A DNA stretch of 64,000 bases from Candidatus Bathyarchaeota archaeon (GTDB taxonomy: Archaea; Thermoproteota; Bathyarchaeia; Bathyarchaeales; Bathycorpusculaceae), in NCBI GenBank assembly GCA_963733095.1, contig CAVTBV010000013.1, forward strand, positions 439,705 through 503,704, in the 5' to 3' direction. This document shows, piece after piece, positions 10,366-19,496 of the stretch (position 1 is the first letter of the stretch; each line of letters begins with the position of its first letter). The notes under the pieces are model-generated. The model had not been told where the DNA came from and did no database searches. It saw nothing but the letters and a program-made list of their open reading frames with translations. The translations under genes were made by a program, and so were the position numbers.

Positions 10366-10465
10366 TGAAAAAAAATAGCTAATCGTTCACGGGTATGGGT
10401 CTCTTTTTGACTTATCCCCAAACTGGCATAAGTTCTTGTTGGAGCCTAAGTAGAAAAGAACCGTA

Positions 10466-10493
10466 TGGCGCTGGATGTGGGAATCCTTCCCAC
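10466..10493 (-). repeat. tRNA-Ser-like 3'-end fragment
   Basis: GTGGG-AAGGATT-CCCAC-ATCCAGC-G-CCA: 5-bp stem, 7-nt loop, 7-nt acceptor strand, G73, CCA. Confidence 0.55.
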
Positions 10494-10548
10494 TATTTTT
10501 CCGCGGGTTATTACCTTTTTCCATGGTCGGTTTATTATTTGACATGTG

Positions 10549-10560
10549 TGGTAGCCCGGG
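10549..10560 (-). repeat. tRNA-Gln/Met-like 3'-end fragment
   Basis: CCCGGGCT-A-CCA; short match. Confidence 0.45.
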
Positions 10561-10614
10561 AGTTACCGTTCTCAGACTGTAATTTCTACCGAAATTTCCC
10601 TTTTTTTAGTTTTA

Positions 10615-10642
10615 TGGTGGGATCGCTAGGATTTGAACCCAG
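10615..10642 (-). repeat. tRNA (Pro-like) 3'-end fragment with intact T arm
   Basis: CTGGG-TTCAAAT-CCTAG-CGATCCC-A-CCA. Confidence 0.8.
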
Positions 10643-10895
10643 CCCCAAGTGGAGTTAGGCGATATGGGTATTTTGGATACTTCGTGGATGTTCTTTGCAG
10701 CAGTACTATTGCTACAAAAATTAAGGTAATAACTCCAGACAGAATAAAAATTGCTGAGCTAAACGTTGAGGTCAAATCGTCACCCATAGCTGAGTTAGCC
10801 ATGTTAACAAGAACAAAGTACGAGCTTACTATCAATATCAGGACAACAACAAGTATGATAGCCAAGATGCCCCAACTAAGCCCTTTACTGTTCAT
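10626..10895 (-). CDS. Small 2-TM membrane protein (C-terminus runs into tRNA fragment)
   Basis: Two hydrophobic helices. Confidence 0.6.
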   Translation of the reverse strand: MNSKGLSWGILAIILVVVLILIVSSYFVLVNMANSAMGDDLTSTFSSAIFILSGVITLIFVAIVLLQRTSTKYPKYPYRLTPLGAGFKS

Positions 10896-11050
10896 CTAAC
10901 ATTGGCTCCAAAATCTATCAATGTTTTGCGGATTTAAGACTTATCTTTATGAAAACTTTAGCTGAAATTCATAAATGTATTATCCAAAGTTGGTCATTAG
11001 AAGATGAAGCTGAATAAACATGGGAACCACATACTATAGGTGAATAAAAA

Positions 11051-11212
11051 ATGGGATTAGAAATGGTAGCATTTAAAGTCGTTATCGCTGGGAACACCAT
11101 TGAAGTTGTTACATTAGGTGACGCAAAGCAAGCTCTACGACAAAAAGAAGCTGAGTTACGACAAAAAAGAAATAGACAACGGTTTGCAAAGGATATAATC
11201 AAGCGGGAATAA
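11051..11212 (+). CDS. 53-aa hypothetical protein
   Basis: AGGTGA SD then ATG; MGLEMVAFKVVIAGNTIEVVTLGDAKQALRQKE...; below ORF-track cutoff. Confidence 0.45.
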   Translation: MGLEMVAFKVVIAGNTIEVVTLGDAKQALRQKEAELRQKRNRQRFAKDIIKRE

Positions 11213-11321
11213 GAAATACATCAACGTTGCAGCATAAGACATTGAACGTTAGCTCAATTTAGTTACAAGTTAGTGCGCTAAAATATATCGAATTTTCACC
11301 GGTTTTCTTGAGGTGTGATGA

Positions 11322-11699
11322 TCAATCTATTGAGTTTGCTTCTCTTTTCATTCTCTTCTTGGCAATAGCTTCTGCCCTATCAAGGATTTCCCTAATCTTT
11401 TCAATTTGTTGATTAGGTGCTTCAACTGATTCCAACGAATCAAATATAGCCTGCAATTCAAGTTCAAGCGGAAATAGGCTTCTTTGCTTTATATAGGTTA
11501 CTAAAGGCTCAAGCTCTTTATGCAATATCCGCTCAATTCTGCCAGATAACACCATTTCATCAATAATCTTAAGCATGTCTTCTTTAGATACGCCCAATCT
11601 CTGTACACCGTAGGTGATTAGGTCGGTTTCCTTTGTGTTTCCATAGGTGCACAAATAAGAAATGATTTTCTGCTCCAAATTCGAAAACGATTTTTCCAT
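11322..11699 (-). CDS. Winged-helix-like hypothetical protein
   Basis: LEQKIISYL...IDEMVLSGRIER. Confidence 0.6.
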   Translation of the reverse strand: MEKSFSNLEQKIISYLCTYGNTKETDLITYGVQRLGVSKEDMLKIIDEMVLSGRIERILHKELEPLVTYIKQRSLFPLELELQAIFDSLESVEAPNQQIEKIREILDRAEAIAKKRMKREANSID

Positions 11700-11859
11700 G
11701 TTAATGCCCGTTTTTCGTTTGTCTGGAGGCAAATTTTTGTCTTCATAATATAAGGAGGGCCTTCTATTAAAGAGGCTTCGCAAAGTTGCCTCTGTTCAAA
11801 ATTGTTGTCATCCATTAGGTCTTTTGAATAAATCCTTAATATGAAGTGCATGGAGATTG

Positions 11860-12050
11860 TGCCAAAGGTCCAGGAAGCAGCCAAGAACGTCAAGAAAGTC
11901 TATGGATATTTTAACAATCACTTTCATGGGTACGTCCCTGAGAATTGCCTGCAAATGATTGAATTATTGGGCTTAACTACTGAGCAGCAGAAGATGGTTA
12001 AGGAAAAATCTAAAAGCAAACAAGCGCAGCTAGGTTCTTTTTTTGGATAA
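11860..12050 (+). pseudogene. DUF72-family C-terminal fragment
   Basis: KKVYGYFNNHFHGYVPENCLQMIELLG; N-terminus absent. Confidence 0.75.
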
Positions 12051-12159
12051 CGAACTATTTACCAGCAACGCGCTTTTGATAATTCAAATATACCCTCTGC
12101 TGAACTGCCTGTTAGTTTCAACCCTTGCTTTATTAAACAAATCAAGCTAAACGCCGCGC

Positions 12160-12330
12160 ATGATTGATTTATCTAGACCCTGTGATGCTTGCGGCAAATA
12201 CATAGGCGGCGGGTTCCATTGCTGCCAGAACTGCCAGATCTACTTCTGCTTCTACTGCTCACTTCAACTTCCAACAATTCAAAATACAATAAAGAGAAAA
12301 TGCCCTATGTGCAATGGAAAATTCGAGTAG
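12160..12330 (+). CDS. 56-aa RING/C1-like zinc-finger microprotein
   Basis: MIDLSRPCDACGKYIGGGFHCCQNCQIYFCFYCS...KCPMCNGKFE: four CxxC pairs. Confidence 0.75.
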   Translation: MIDLSRPCDACGKYIGGGFHCCQNCQIYFCFYCSLQLPTIQNTIKRKCPMCNGKFE

Positions 12331-12495
12331 TTATTGACTTTTTCTTGATTTGCTTTCGGAACAGTGAGGGTTAAAGCAATTAAGACAGCCTTTAGGGAAG
12401 GTTTGGCAGAGCTGTTTTTTCTTGAAACCCCATTTTTTTCTCAGCTCATCAGCTTCAGCTTCTTGATCATATGACACGCATTTTGTTTTGGTCAT
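12331..12495 (-). CDS. 54-aa Cys-containing microprotein
   Basis: MTKTKCVSYDQEAEADELRKKWG...CQTFPKGCLNCFNPHC; stop abuts stop of convergent ORF. Confidence 0.5.
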   Translation of the reverse strand: MTKTKCVSYDQEAEADELRKKWGFKKKQLCQTFPKGCLNCFNPHCSESKSRKSQ

Positions 12496-12528
12496 CGAGA
12501 ATTCCCATTTAAATCAGCGCTGGAAACA

Positions 12529-12735
12529 TTGGCTTCGCCACCAACACCAAGTGACCTTCTGAAGCCAATGCTGAACTATGTGATGGAAGTTAATGGACAA
12601 ACAGTTGCAAAAGTTCACAGAAAATGGCCAACACTAAGAAACCAGATTAAATTCTCAATAACTGGATATCTTGATCATCGCCTAGTTATAGGCGCAGTAA
12701 TTGTTATTGAACACGTGTTAGCGGAAGGGAAATAG
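12529..12735 (+). pseudogene. LURP-one/scramblase C-terminal fragment
   Basis: VAKVHRKW..LRN....I...LDHRLVIGAVIVIE. Confidence 0.65.
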
Positions 12736-13841
12736 CGCGCCGCTTTGTCCCTAAATTAAGTGTTGAAGTAAGTCGGTGATACTGCTTTTTCATGTCTGCC
12801 AATCCTCTGTGCTGCCTCTCTGTTTAGCACTAAACAAAGAATGCTGCATAATGAATAGAACGTAACCTGCGCTAGTCCTCTGACCTTATTGTTAGCCATG
12901 CTAAACTGTGTCTTCAAAAAACTGTTAACTGCTTCAATCGGCGGTCTCTTATGATACTCCACCTTGTCCTCCAAAGATCCATAAGTCCTAAACTTCCTAT
13001 CAACTCGCAGCAAACCCTCCACATCCTTGCGATGATTAGCAGGATATGGAATAGTTGCCTTCTCCACAGCACACCTGAGCTTAGAATCGCTGTATTGGCT
13101 ATCCGCTACTACACTTCTAACTTTAGCTTTACAGTGTTTGAGAATTTCCTTGGCCTTTTCAAGTAGAGTCAGTGAATGTTTCTTTTCGTTTTGGTTTGCA
13201 GAGACGAAAACGTTTGAGAGAGGAAGCATTGTTTTGTGGTCGATTGATAGGTGCATTTTGTAGCCCAGTGCATATGATCGGCCAGATCTGCCAACTCTGG
13301 CTTGGGCATCTGAGAAGCCTATTTGGTTATCTGTTGGGTGACGTGTGCTCCAAGCCTTAATAAAAGATGCATCCAACACTACGTCCACTTCATTGCTTTG
13401 CTGGCTTTTTAGCAGTTTGATTACTTTTTGATCGATTATTTTGTTGAGGTTGTCTTGGCCTACTCGTTTGGAAAATCGGCTCATTACGCTTCGTGTGTAG
13501 CCTTTTTGGCTGTCTTTGATTAGGCAGAGCTTTCTAATTCTTAAATCGTTGTTTAGGATGCGGGTCATTTCTCTTAGGCTGCGTATGGCTTTCATTTTCA
13601 TTATTAAGAATGCTCGAAATAGTCCCAGTGGGTTTCTGGGTCGTCTTCCTGGGCCGCTTGCGTGGAAGCACTGTTTTATTAGGTTGTTACCAAAGCTTAA
13701 GTCTACGTTTTTGAAAAGGGTTTCAAGGGTCTCGTGTTCATCCTGTCTCGCAGGGATCACTTCCTTGTGTGATTGGTTCTCAATGATACGAGACCCAGTT
13801 TCTAGTTATAAGCTTTTCAATTTAGGGACAAGCCAGCGCGC
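12735..13841 (-). mobile_element. IS5/IS1182-like insertion sequence, apparently intact (~1.1 kb)
   Basis: TIRs gcgcgccgctttgtccctaaatt / aatttagggacaagccagcgcgc. Confidence 0.9.
12756..13760 (-). CDS. DDE transposase (DUF772 + DDE_Tnp_1-like)
   Basis: VLDASFI, GYKMHL, ADSQY, R..IE..NS.LK. Confidence 0.93.
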   Translation of the reverse strand: MIPARQDEHETLETLFKNVDLSFGNNLIKQCFHASGPGRRPRNPLGLFRAFLIMKMKAIRSLREMTRILNNDLRIRKLCLIKDSQKGYTRSVMSRFSKRVGQDNLNKIIDQKVIKLLKSQQSNEVDVVLDASFIKAWSTRHPTDNQIGFSDAQARVGRSGRSYALGYKMHLSIDHKTMLPLSNVFVSANQNEKKHSLTLLEKAKEILKHCKAKVRSVVADSQYSDSKLRCAVEKATIPYPANHRKDVEGLLRVDRKFRTYGSLEDKVEYHKRPPIEAVNSFLKTQFSMANNKVRGLAQVTFYSLCSILCLVLNREAAQRIGRHEKAVSPTYFNT

Positions 13842-13844
13842 TTC

Positions 13845-14282
13845 CTAAGTAGTTTCCTCAATATCTCGCCATTTCGATAGAGCATTCATAGCTCGGTCTC
13901 CCCGAACACTTGTTATTATTGCGACCAATATCTCTGCTGTCATTTGTGGTTGATTATAACTAGATTTGTTTTGCTTGACAGACGTACTATTGTCTGTATT
14001 TTTAGGCGTAATTGATCTTGCGTCGTTCATAGCTTTAGTTAATTCTTCAACCTTCTTTTTTGAAACAGTATTTCCTTCTTGAATAATAGCAGTTAGCCCT
14101 GTTGCAGACTTAATTCCAATCATCTTGAAACGATTCATCCATAATTCTCCAGTGCAGGTATATAGAACTGCTTGGTCCACCCAATTAAACAGTTGTTTAG
14201 GAAAAAAATTAGTATTAGTTATGAGTTGTTCAAGAGACGCGCTTGCAAGATTATGAATATTATCAATTTTCTCTTCCAACAA
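13845..14282 (-). CDS. Hypothetical protein (possibly fragment)
   Basis: 145-aa ORF ending at IS border. Confidence 0.5.
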   Translation of the reverse strand: MLEEKIDNIHNLASASLEQLITNTNFFPKQLFNWVDQAVLYTCTGELWMNRFKMIGIKSATGLTAIIQEGNTVSKKKVEELTKAMNDARSITPKNTDNSTSVKQNKSSYNQPQMTAEILVAIITSVRGDRAMNALSKWRDIEETT

Positions 14283-14523
14283 TCGTGACTCATGCCAAGT
14301 GTTTAATCATTCGTGATGAAAGCAATCTTTCACCGGAACAAACGCCTTACCTCTTTAAATTAAAAACTAATCTGTGAATCTACACTAAGCAGTAGTGGAG
14401 TCCTATCTGAAAGTAACCTGACATTAATAGCGTGCTTTGGGTTTCATATATAGTAGCTACTATTTATTTGAATAAACCGGGTTAGTGAAGTAATTTTACG
14501 GTTTGATTAAATTGGTGTTCTTT

Positions 14524-14766
14524 TCAAAACAATTCAAAGGCATATTTTTTTCTATAGACTAACACAGCTACAACAAGGATAGACATTAACACGAAAAGAA
14601 CCGCAAATGAAGGAAACTCGGGTATCGGCGGTGTGGGTTGTGGGACACTGCTGTCATTTAAGGGTCCATAAAACATGGACAAAGCTGATGCTGAAATCAA
14701 AACAGCTGCAGCAAGTATGAACCATTTGCCTATTGATTTGGAAACTGAACGTTTTTTTAATGTCAT
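14524..14766 (-). CDS. Minimal signal peptide + PEF-CTERM-like protein
   Basis: PPIPEFPSFAVLFVLMSILVVAVLVYRKK. Confidence 0.7.
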   Translation of the reverse strand: MTLKKRSVSKSIGKWFILAAAVLISASALSMFYGPLNDSSVPQPTPPIPEFPSFAVLFVLMSILVVAVLVYRKKYAFELF

Positions 14767-15010
14767 GTTTCCTCTATAATAATATCTTAAGGATCAATAT
14801 ATTTATTTTTTGCACTTGTCATTTCTTTGATAAGATTTTATCTACTGAAACTAAGTATGCGCTAAGTTTATTTAATCGGTTCATGGATAAACCATAAAAT
14901 TTTCAAAATTCGACTGCATAATTTAAGGTTATCCTGTTTATCGAGTATTTACATTCCAAACATTCAGCTTGTCAGATCTATTTTAAGATGGGATAATGTT
15001 ATAATGATAA

Positions 15011-16487
15011 TTGAGTACTATATTACATAAAGTGGTTAATTTGGAGGACCCCATTTTGCCAGAGTGCAGTAAGCACACTCCAGCTTTAACTTCACACTCG
15101 AGAGACATTCTCAAGAATTTCTTAGAACACATTGGAAATTTCTGCTTGACGCTTTCAGATGTAACAAACGATTACTTGTTTGAAGCTGAATATTGCTCAA
15201 ACGTAGAGAAGCTTGACCAACTCAAAGCGGAATTAGCTGGTTTCAAAGAAGACAACTCTGAAATCTATGATTGGGCAAAGCTTGGTTTCAATGGGGTGAC
15301 ATGCTTCTTTTACGGGAACAGAGATATCGCTATGGGGAGATATGAAACTGAGCATCTCGAAAGAGGAAGAACATTCTTGTTGGCTTTTGCTGAACGCGTA
15401 CCCCCGAAGGTAGCCGAGATTTTCCAAAAGAGCGGCGTCGATTTTGAGACTGTTGGAAAAAAGAACGCGTTTGAAATAAAGGCGTTTTCAATATTCTCAG
15501 TAGCGAGGGCACACTTGGAGCGAGGGGAATACGGTGAGGCTGCACGTAATTTTGAAGAATGCTTATCTTTGAGGATTCTGAATGGATTGGAAATTTATTC
15601 AGACATAGAACCTTTGAAATGGTATGCAAGAGGTCTAGATTTTCAGTATGAACAGGGAAAGTTTTCTGAGGCCGCCGATTCGTTCAGAAAAAGCTCTGAA
15701 CTCTATCAAAAAATTGCGGAAAAAGCGACCTTAACGGATGACATCTTTGAAGAGGGAAGAGCTAATTCTATGAAAGTTGTTTGCGACTGACGAGCAGCCG
15801 TTTGTACAGCTCTCCATAATAAGGTTGGAACTAGCCCCGGCTACCAGAGTTTCCGTCAAGACATAAATACCGTTACAAACGAATATAATCAGGAGGTAAA
15901 GTCCATTTCAAGTGTAAGTGAAATATTGGCTTTGAACGAGATTGCCAAAAGCATTGAGAAGATAATGGTTTATGCACAGAATTTGAGAGCGTCTTCAGAA
16001 TTATTTAGCATAGAGAGCCAAGTTTTTGAAAGACTTTACGATCAAGGAGACACCATAAAAACTGAAATATTGACTTGTATTGATGGATTGAACGAAATCC
16101 AAAAAAACATGGGAACAACCCTACAAAGCCTAACGGCAAGTATGGACCGAGACAGATATCGGAGGAGCCTGCGAAAGATGGTTAATTTATGTAATAATGA
16201 CCTCATACCTGCATATCAAAAAGTAGGTGGAAGATTTAGTAAAAAATCGAACACAAATTGAGGTCGCAGTTGAGCAGAAGAGAGCAGTAGGAGAGAAAGT
16301 TCCAGAAAAACCTCAAGTTAAAGAACTTTTAGATGACGCGAGTAAGGAAGTTAATGAAGCCAGGAGCTTAAAGACCCGACTCAAGGGCTGCTATGAATAT
16401 GGACTGAATTTCTTAGAAGATGCGAAGCCTTATATTGAAGCGCTTGGAAATGCTGTGGGATTCATCTTAAAATGTGTTGGTAAATAG
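15011..16487 (+). pseudogene. TPR-like helical protein, disrupted
   Basis: TPR-like GEYGEAARNFEECL; in-frame TGA at 15788 with open frame continuing to 15926 ORF; frameshift near 16227. Confidence 0.7.
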
Positions 16488-16540
16488 GCACGTTTTAATC
16501 GCATCCAAGGCTGAGCCGTACCAGACTTAAACCCCAAACC

Positions 16541-18167
16541 AGACTGTGTTAAAACTTGGAACTAATTTCTAATGGCATCGATCATTCGAGCTATTGCCTG
16601 GAAGTCTCATTCCCTTGTTTTTACTTCTTCACCAAACTTACTAGCGCCTCAACTCCAAAAATATTGATAATCCTTCTTATATTGTAAGCAAGCATTGTAA
16701 ATCCGACCTCCCCTCTAACCTTACGCAAACCTTTCAAGAGCACATAGCCCTAATTGAAAGCACGCTTAATAGTTCCAAACGGATGTTCCACTATCATCCG
16801 CCTCAACCGAAGCTTCTCTCTACCCTCAAAACTATGCAGTCGCCTCCTAAGGCGATCAACAGCACCATCAAACTCTCCTCTAAACATATACCTTCCACGC
16901 TTATTCCTAGTACATTTACTCCTCACAGAACAGCAAGAGCAAAGCGCTGTCCGATATAACCTGCCTTTAAGACCACTTTCTCGACCGCCCTGCTTCCAAA
17001 AAGGCAACTCCTCTCCAACAGGACAAACATACACGTCCTTACCGATATTGTAAATGAATCTGTCAGAATAAAACTCAGGCGCAGGAACCCCAACCTTCTT
17101 GTATGGATTCAAAGCAGCAGGAATAGGCATGAAAACCCTTATGCCATTAGCCTCACAATCAGAGATGTCTTTCTCAACATAGAATCCTTTATCGCTTACA
17201 ACATCAAGCTCATCAACACCCAAAGTCTCCTTGGCAGCTAACGCATCCTTAGTAAGCTGGTGATGATCAGTCGAGATATTTATCACGTCATAATCAACGA
17301 TAAGATGCTTTTTTGCATCAACTGACGTTTGAATGTTGTAGCCAACTTCAAGCCGTTGGCTGTCTACTCTCATTAAACGGCTGTCTGGGTCCACAAATGA
17401 AACTTCCTTCTGGCCTGTTGCCTTCATTTGGCTTTGAATCTGCTCATATCGCAGCTTTTCTTCTTCAAGTTTGCATATTTTCTCCTTAAGCTCATCGACA
17501 TTGACGCTTTCATCTTCAGCTGAATCAGCCGTATCGTTTTGGTCCATTTCTTTGAGGTACTCTGCGATCTTTTCCTCTGTTTGTTTGAGTCTTAAAGCGA
17601 TTGTTTTCTCGTTGAGGTTGTTGCTCCTAGAGTTGACAGCTTTGAATTTGGTGCCATCAATAGCTACTATCTGGGCGCCGTAAAGATCCAAGCTCTTGCA
17701 GAGATACACGAATTCTTTGAATACTCCTTTGATGCAGTCAATGTTGTCTTTTCTGAAATCAGCGATGGTTTTGTGGTCTGGCGCCAACTTTTTCGTTAGC
17801 CACATGACTTCAACGTTGCGGTGGCATTCTTTCTCCAATTTCCTGCTAGATCTCACCAGGTTGAGGTAGCCATAAACGTAGAGCTTGAGCAGATCTGACG
17901 GATTATAGGAAGGTCTTCCAGTGTCAGCGGGGATTGAGTGCTTGAAACCAAGCTTTTCCAGGTTAAGGCTGTCTACAAAGGCGTCGATAAACCTGACGGG
18001 GTTTTCTTTTTCAACGTACTGATCGATGGTATTGGGAAAAAGCACTGTTTGGTCTCGGTGGGTTCCGTTTACGTGTTCGCTCATGGCTTTTCAGTTGCTC
18101 TAAGGATAGTCTAGATTTAAGGTTAACGGTGAATAGCTTGCAAAGAAAGAGACTTTTCACACAGTCT
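16541..18167 (-). mobile_element. IS1182-family element inserted ~10 bp downstream of tRNA-Val
   Basis: TIRs agactgtgttaaaa / ttttcacacagtct. Confidence 0.88.
16621..18084 (-). pseudogene. IS1182 transposase with premature TAG at 16750
   Basis: GRPSYNP, SSRKLE, AIDGTK, DKGFY, VEHPFGTIK; frame continues GYVLLKGLRKVRGE...AYN to 16621. Confidence 0.88.
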
Positions 18168-18177
18168 GTAATGGGAG

Positions 18178-18252
18178 TGGACCGGGCCGGATTCGGACCG
18201 GCGACCTTCTGCACGTCAAGCAGATGTCCTAACCAGGCTAGACGACCGGTCC
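18178..18252 (-). tRNA. trnV: tRNA-Val(GAC)
   Basis: Cloverleaf: acceptor GGACCGG/CCGGTCC, anticodon arm TCTGC-TTGACGT-GCAGA, T arm GCCGG-TCCGAAT-CCGGC; CCA not encoded. Confidence 0.95.
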
Positions 18253-18331
18253 ACACTTTTGCAATGTCTTCTACGTCATTTTCCTATATAGGCGCTCTGA
18301 TTCTTCAATAGGCGCTTTGTTTCTGAACATC

Positions 18332-19462
18332 TTACTTTCGCTTCCTAAATACTTTATGTCCTGCAATTTCAGTGTGATATTCAAAGCCTATTTCCATCAG
18401 TTTAATAGCGTCTTCTAGTTCATCAGCAACCTTAACGATAAAGCCGTCAGTACCCTTCGATAAGTAAAGCATCTTGTCAATGTGAACATAGGTTTCTGTT
18501 GAGTTCTGTGATTTATGGCCTAGAATAATTTGCACTCTTTCGCGGTCATGGAAGTTATGCAGTTCAGTTGTAGCTTTCCAATGTCGGGAGGTATGGAAAT
18601 GAATTTTTAGTATGTTTGGATTAGCGATTTTATCAGCTATTCTTTTGCGTTGACTGAAAAAGCAAGCTCGCAAGCCACTTGAATTAGCAAAGATTCTTTC
18701 GCCTTTTCGCCTTATGTTAGCAAGCATGCTCATGGATTTCTCGGTTAAAGGTAGGATTCTGCCATTGCTTCGTTTCTCTGCTTTAATGTTGACTTTACGC
18801 TGCACAAAGTCTATGTCTGCCCATGTTAACTGTGAGATTTCACCGCATCTGGCGCCTGTGTCTTTGAGTATTTGGCAGAATGTAGCGGTCTTTTTTCCTA
18901 AACCGGCTATGAGCTGGTCGATTTCTTCCTCAGTTGGAATATAAGGAACTTCACTATCTCGATAATAGGTTGGCTTTTTCCAGTAGATTCCATTAAAATC
19001 AAACCATGTGGCAAGCATACTTGCGGTTAATCTTTTACTTGCTTGCTTTATCTCCAAGTCAGCTAAGACAGCTTTTGTGCTTTCAGGGTTAAAGAGATTC
19101 GCGCCTTTTTTAAGCAAAAGCCCAAGATAGATTTGATAGTTTAGTATGGTTGTTTTTGCTTTTCCATCGTTCTTTAATTGTACTAGTAGCTTCTCGATTT
19201 GTGGGGCTGCTTTTAACTCGTATTCTGTTGGTGTGTGGTCCTTCTCCGCACAGATTTTTATTTTCTGTGCTGAAACCATTTTTTTCGCTCCGGATACGCT
19301 TAAATGGTTACTTTCCTTATTGACGCTAACACTATTTAAGACTGTGTTTTGGTCCCAACGGTGTCCATATTCGGCACATCTATACCTTTGAACTGGCTTT
19401 TCAGATAAAGCGCTAGCTTGGTGCGGGTCGGGTTCCATCAAGATAAACCCGTTTGCTTCCAC
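18332..19462 (-). CDS. Tyrosine recombinase/integrase
   Basis: TGARCGE, K, HTSRH, LGH, Y all present; C-terminal KLMEIGFEY...FRKRK extension. Confidence 0.95.
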   Translation of the reverse strand: MEANGFILMEPDPHQASALSEKPVQRYRCAEYGHRWDQNTVLNSVSVNKESNHLSVSGAKKMVSAQKIKICAEKDHTPTEYELKAAPQIEKLLVQLKNDGKAKTTILNYQIYLGLLLKKGANLFNPESTKAVLADLEIKQASKRLTASMLATWFDFNGIYWKKPTYYRDSEVPYIPTEEEIDQLIAGLGKKTATFCQILKDTGARCGEISQLTWADIDFVQRKVNIKAEKRSNGRILPLTEKSMSMLANIRRKGERIFANSSGLRACFFSQRKRIADKIANPNILKIHFHTSRHWKATTELHNFHDRERVQIILGHKSQNSTETYVHIDKMLYLSKGTDGFIVKVADELEDAIKLMEIGFEYHTEIAGHKVFRKRK

Positions 19463-19496
19463 ATTGAGGGCATTTAAGAACCGCTAAGGCTTCCAT

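Noticed and set aside
15823-15846. GGTTGGAACTAGCCCCGGCTACCA as another tRNA 3' fragment
   Set aside because: No proper T arm, opposite strand to the stack, and it lies inside the open frame of the TPR pseudogene.
15788-16752. In-frame TGA (15788) and TAG (16750) as Sec/Pyl recoding
   Set aside because: An in-frame TAA also occurs (32277), the TPR gene is additionally frameshifted, and TAG is one change from CAG in a transposase; ordinary decay explains all three.
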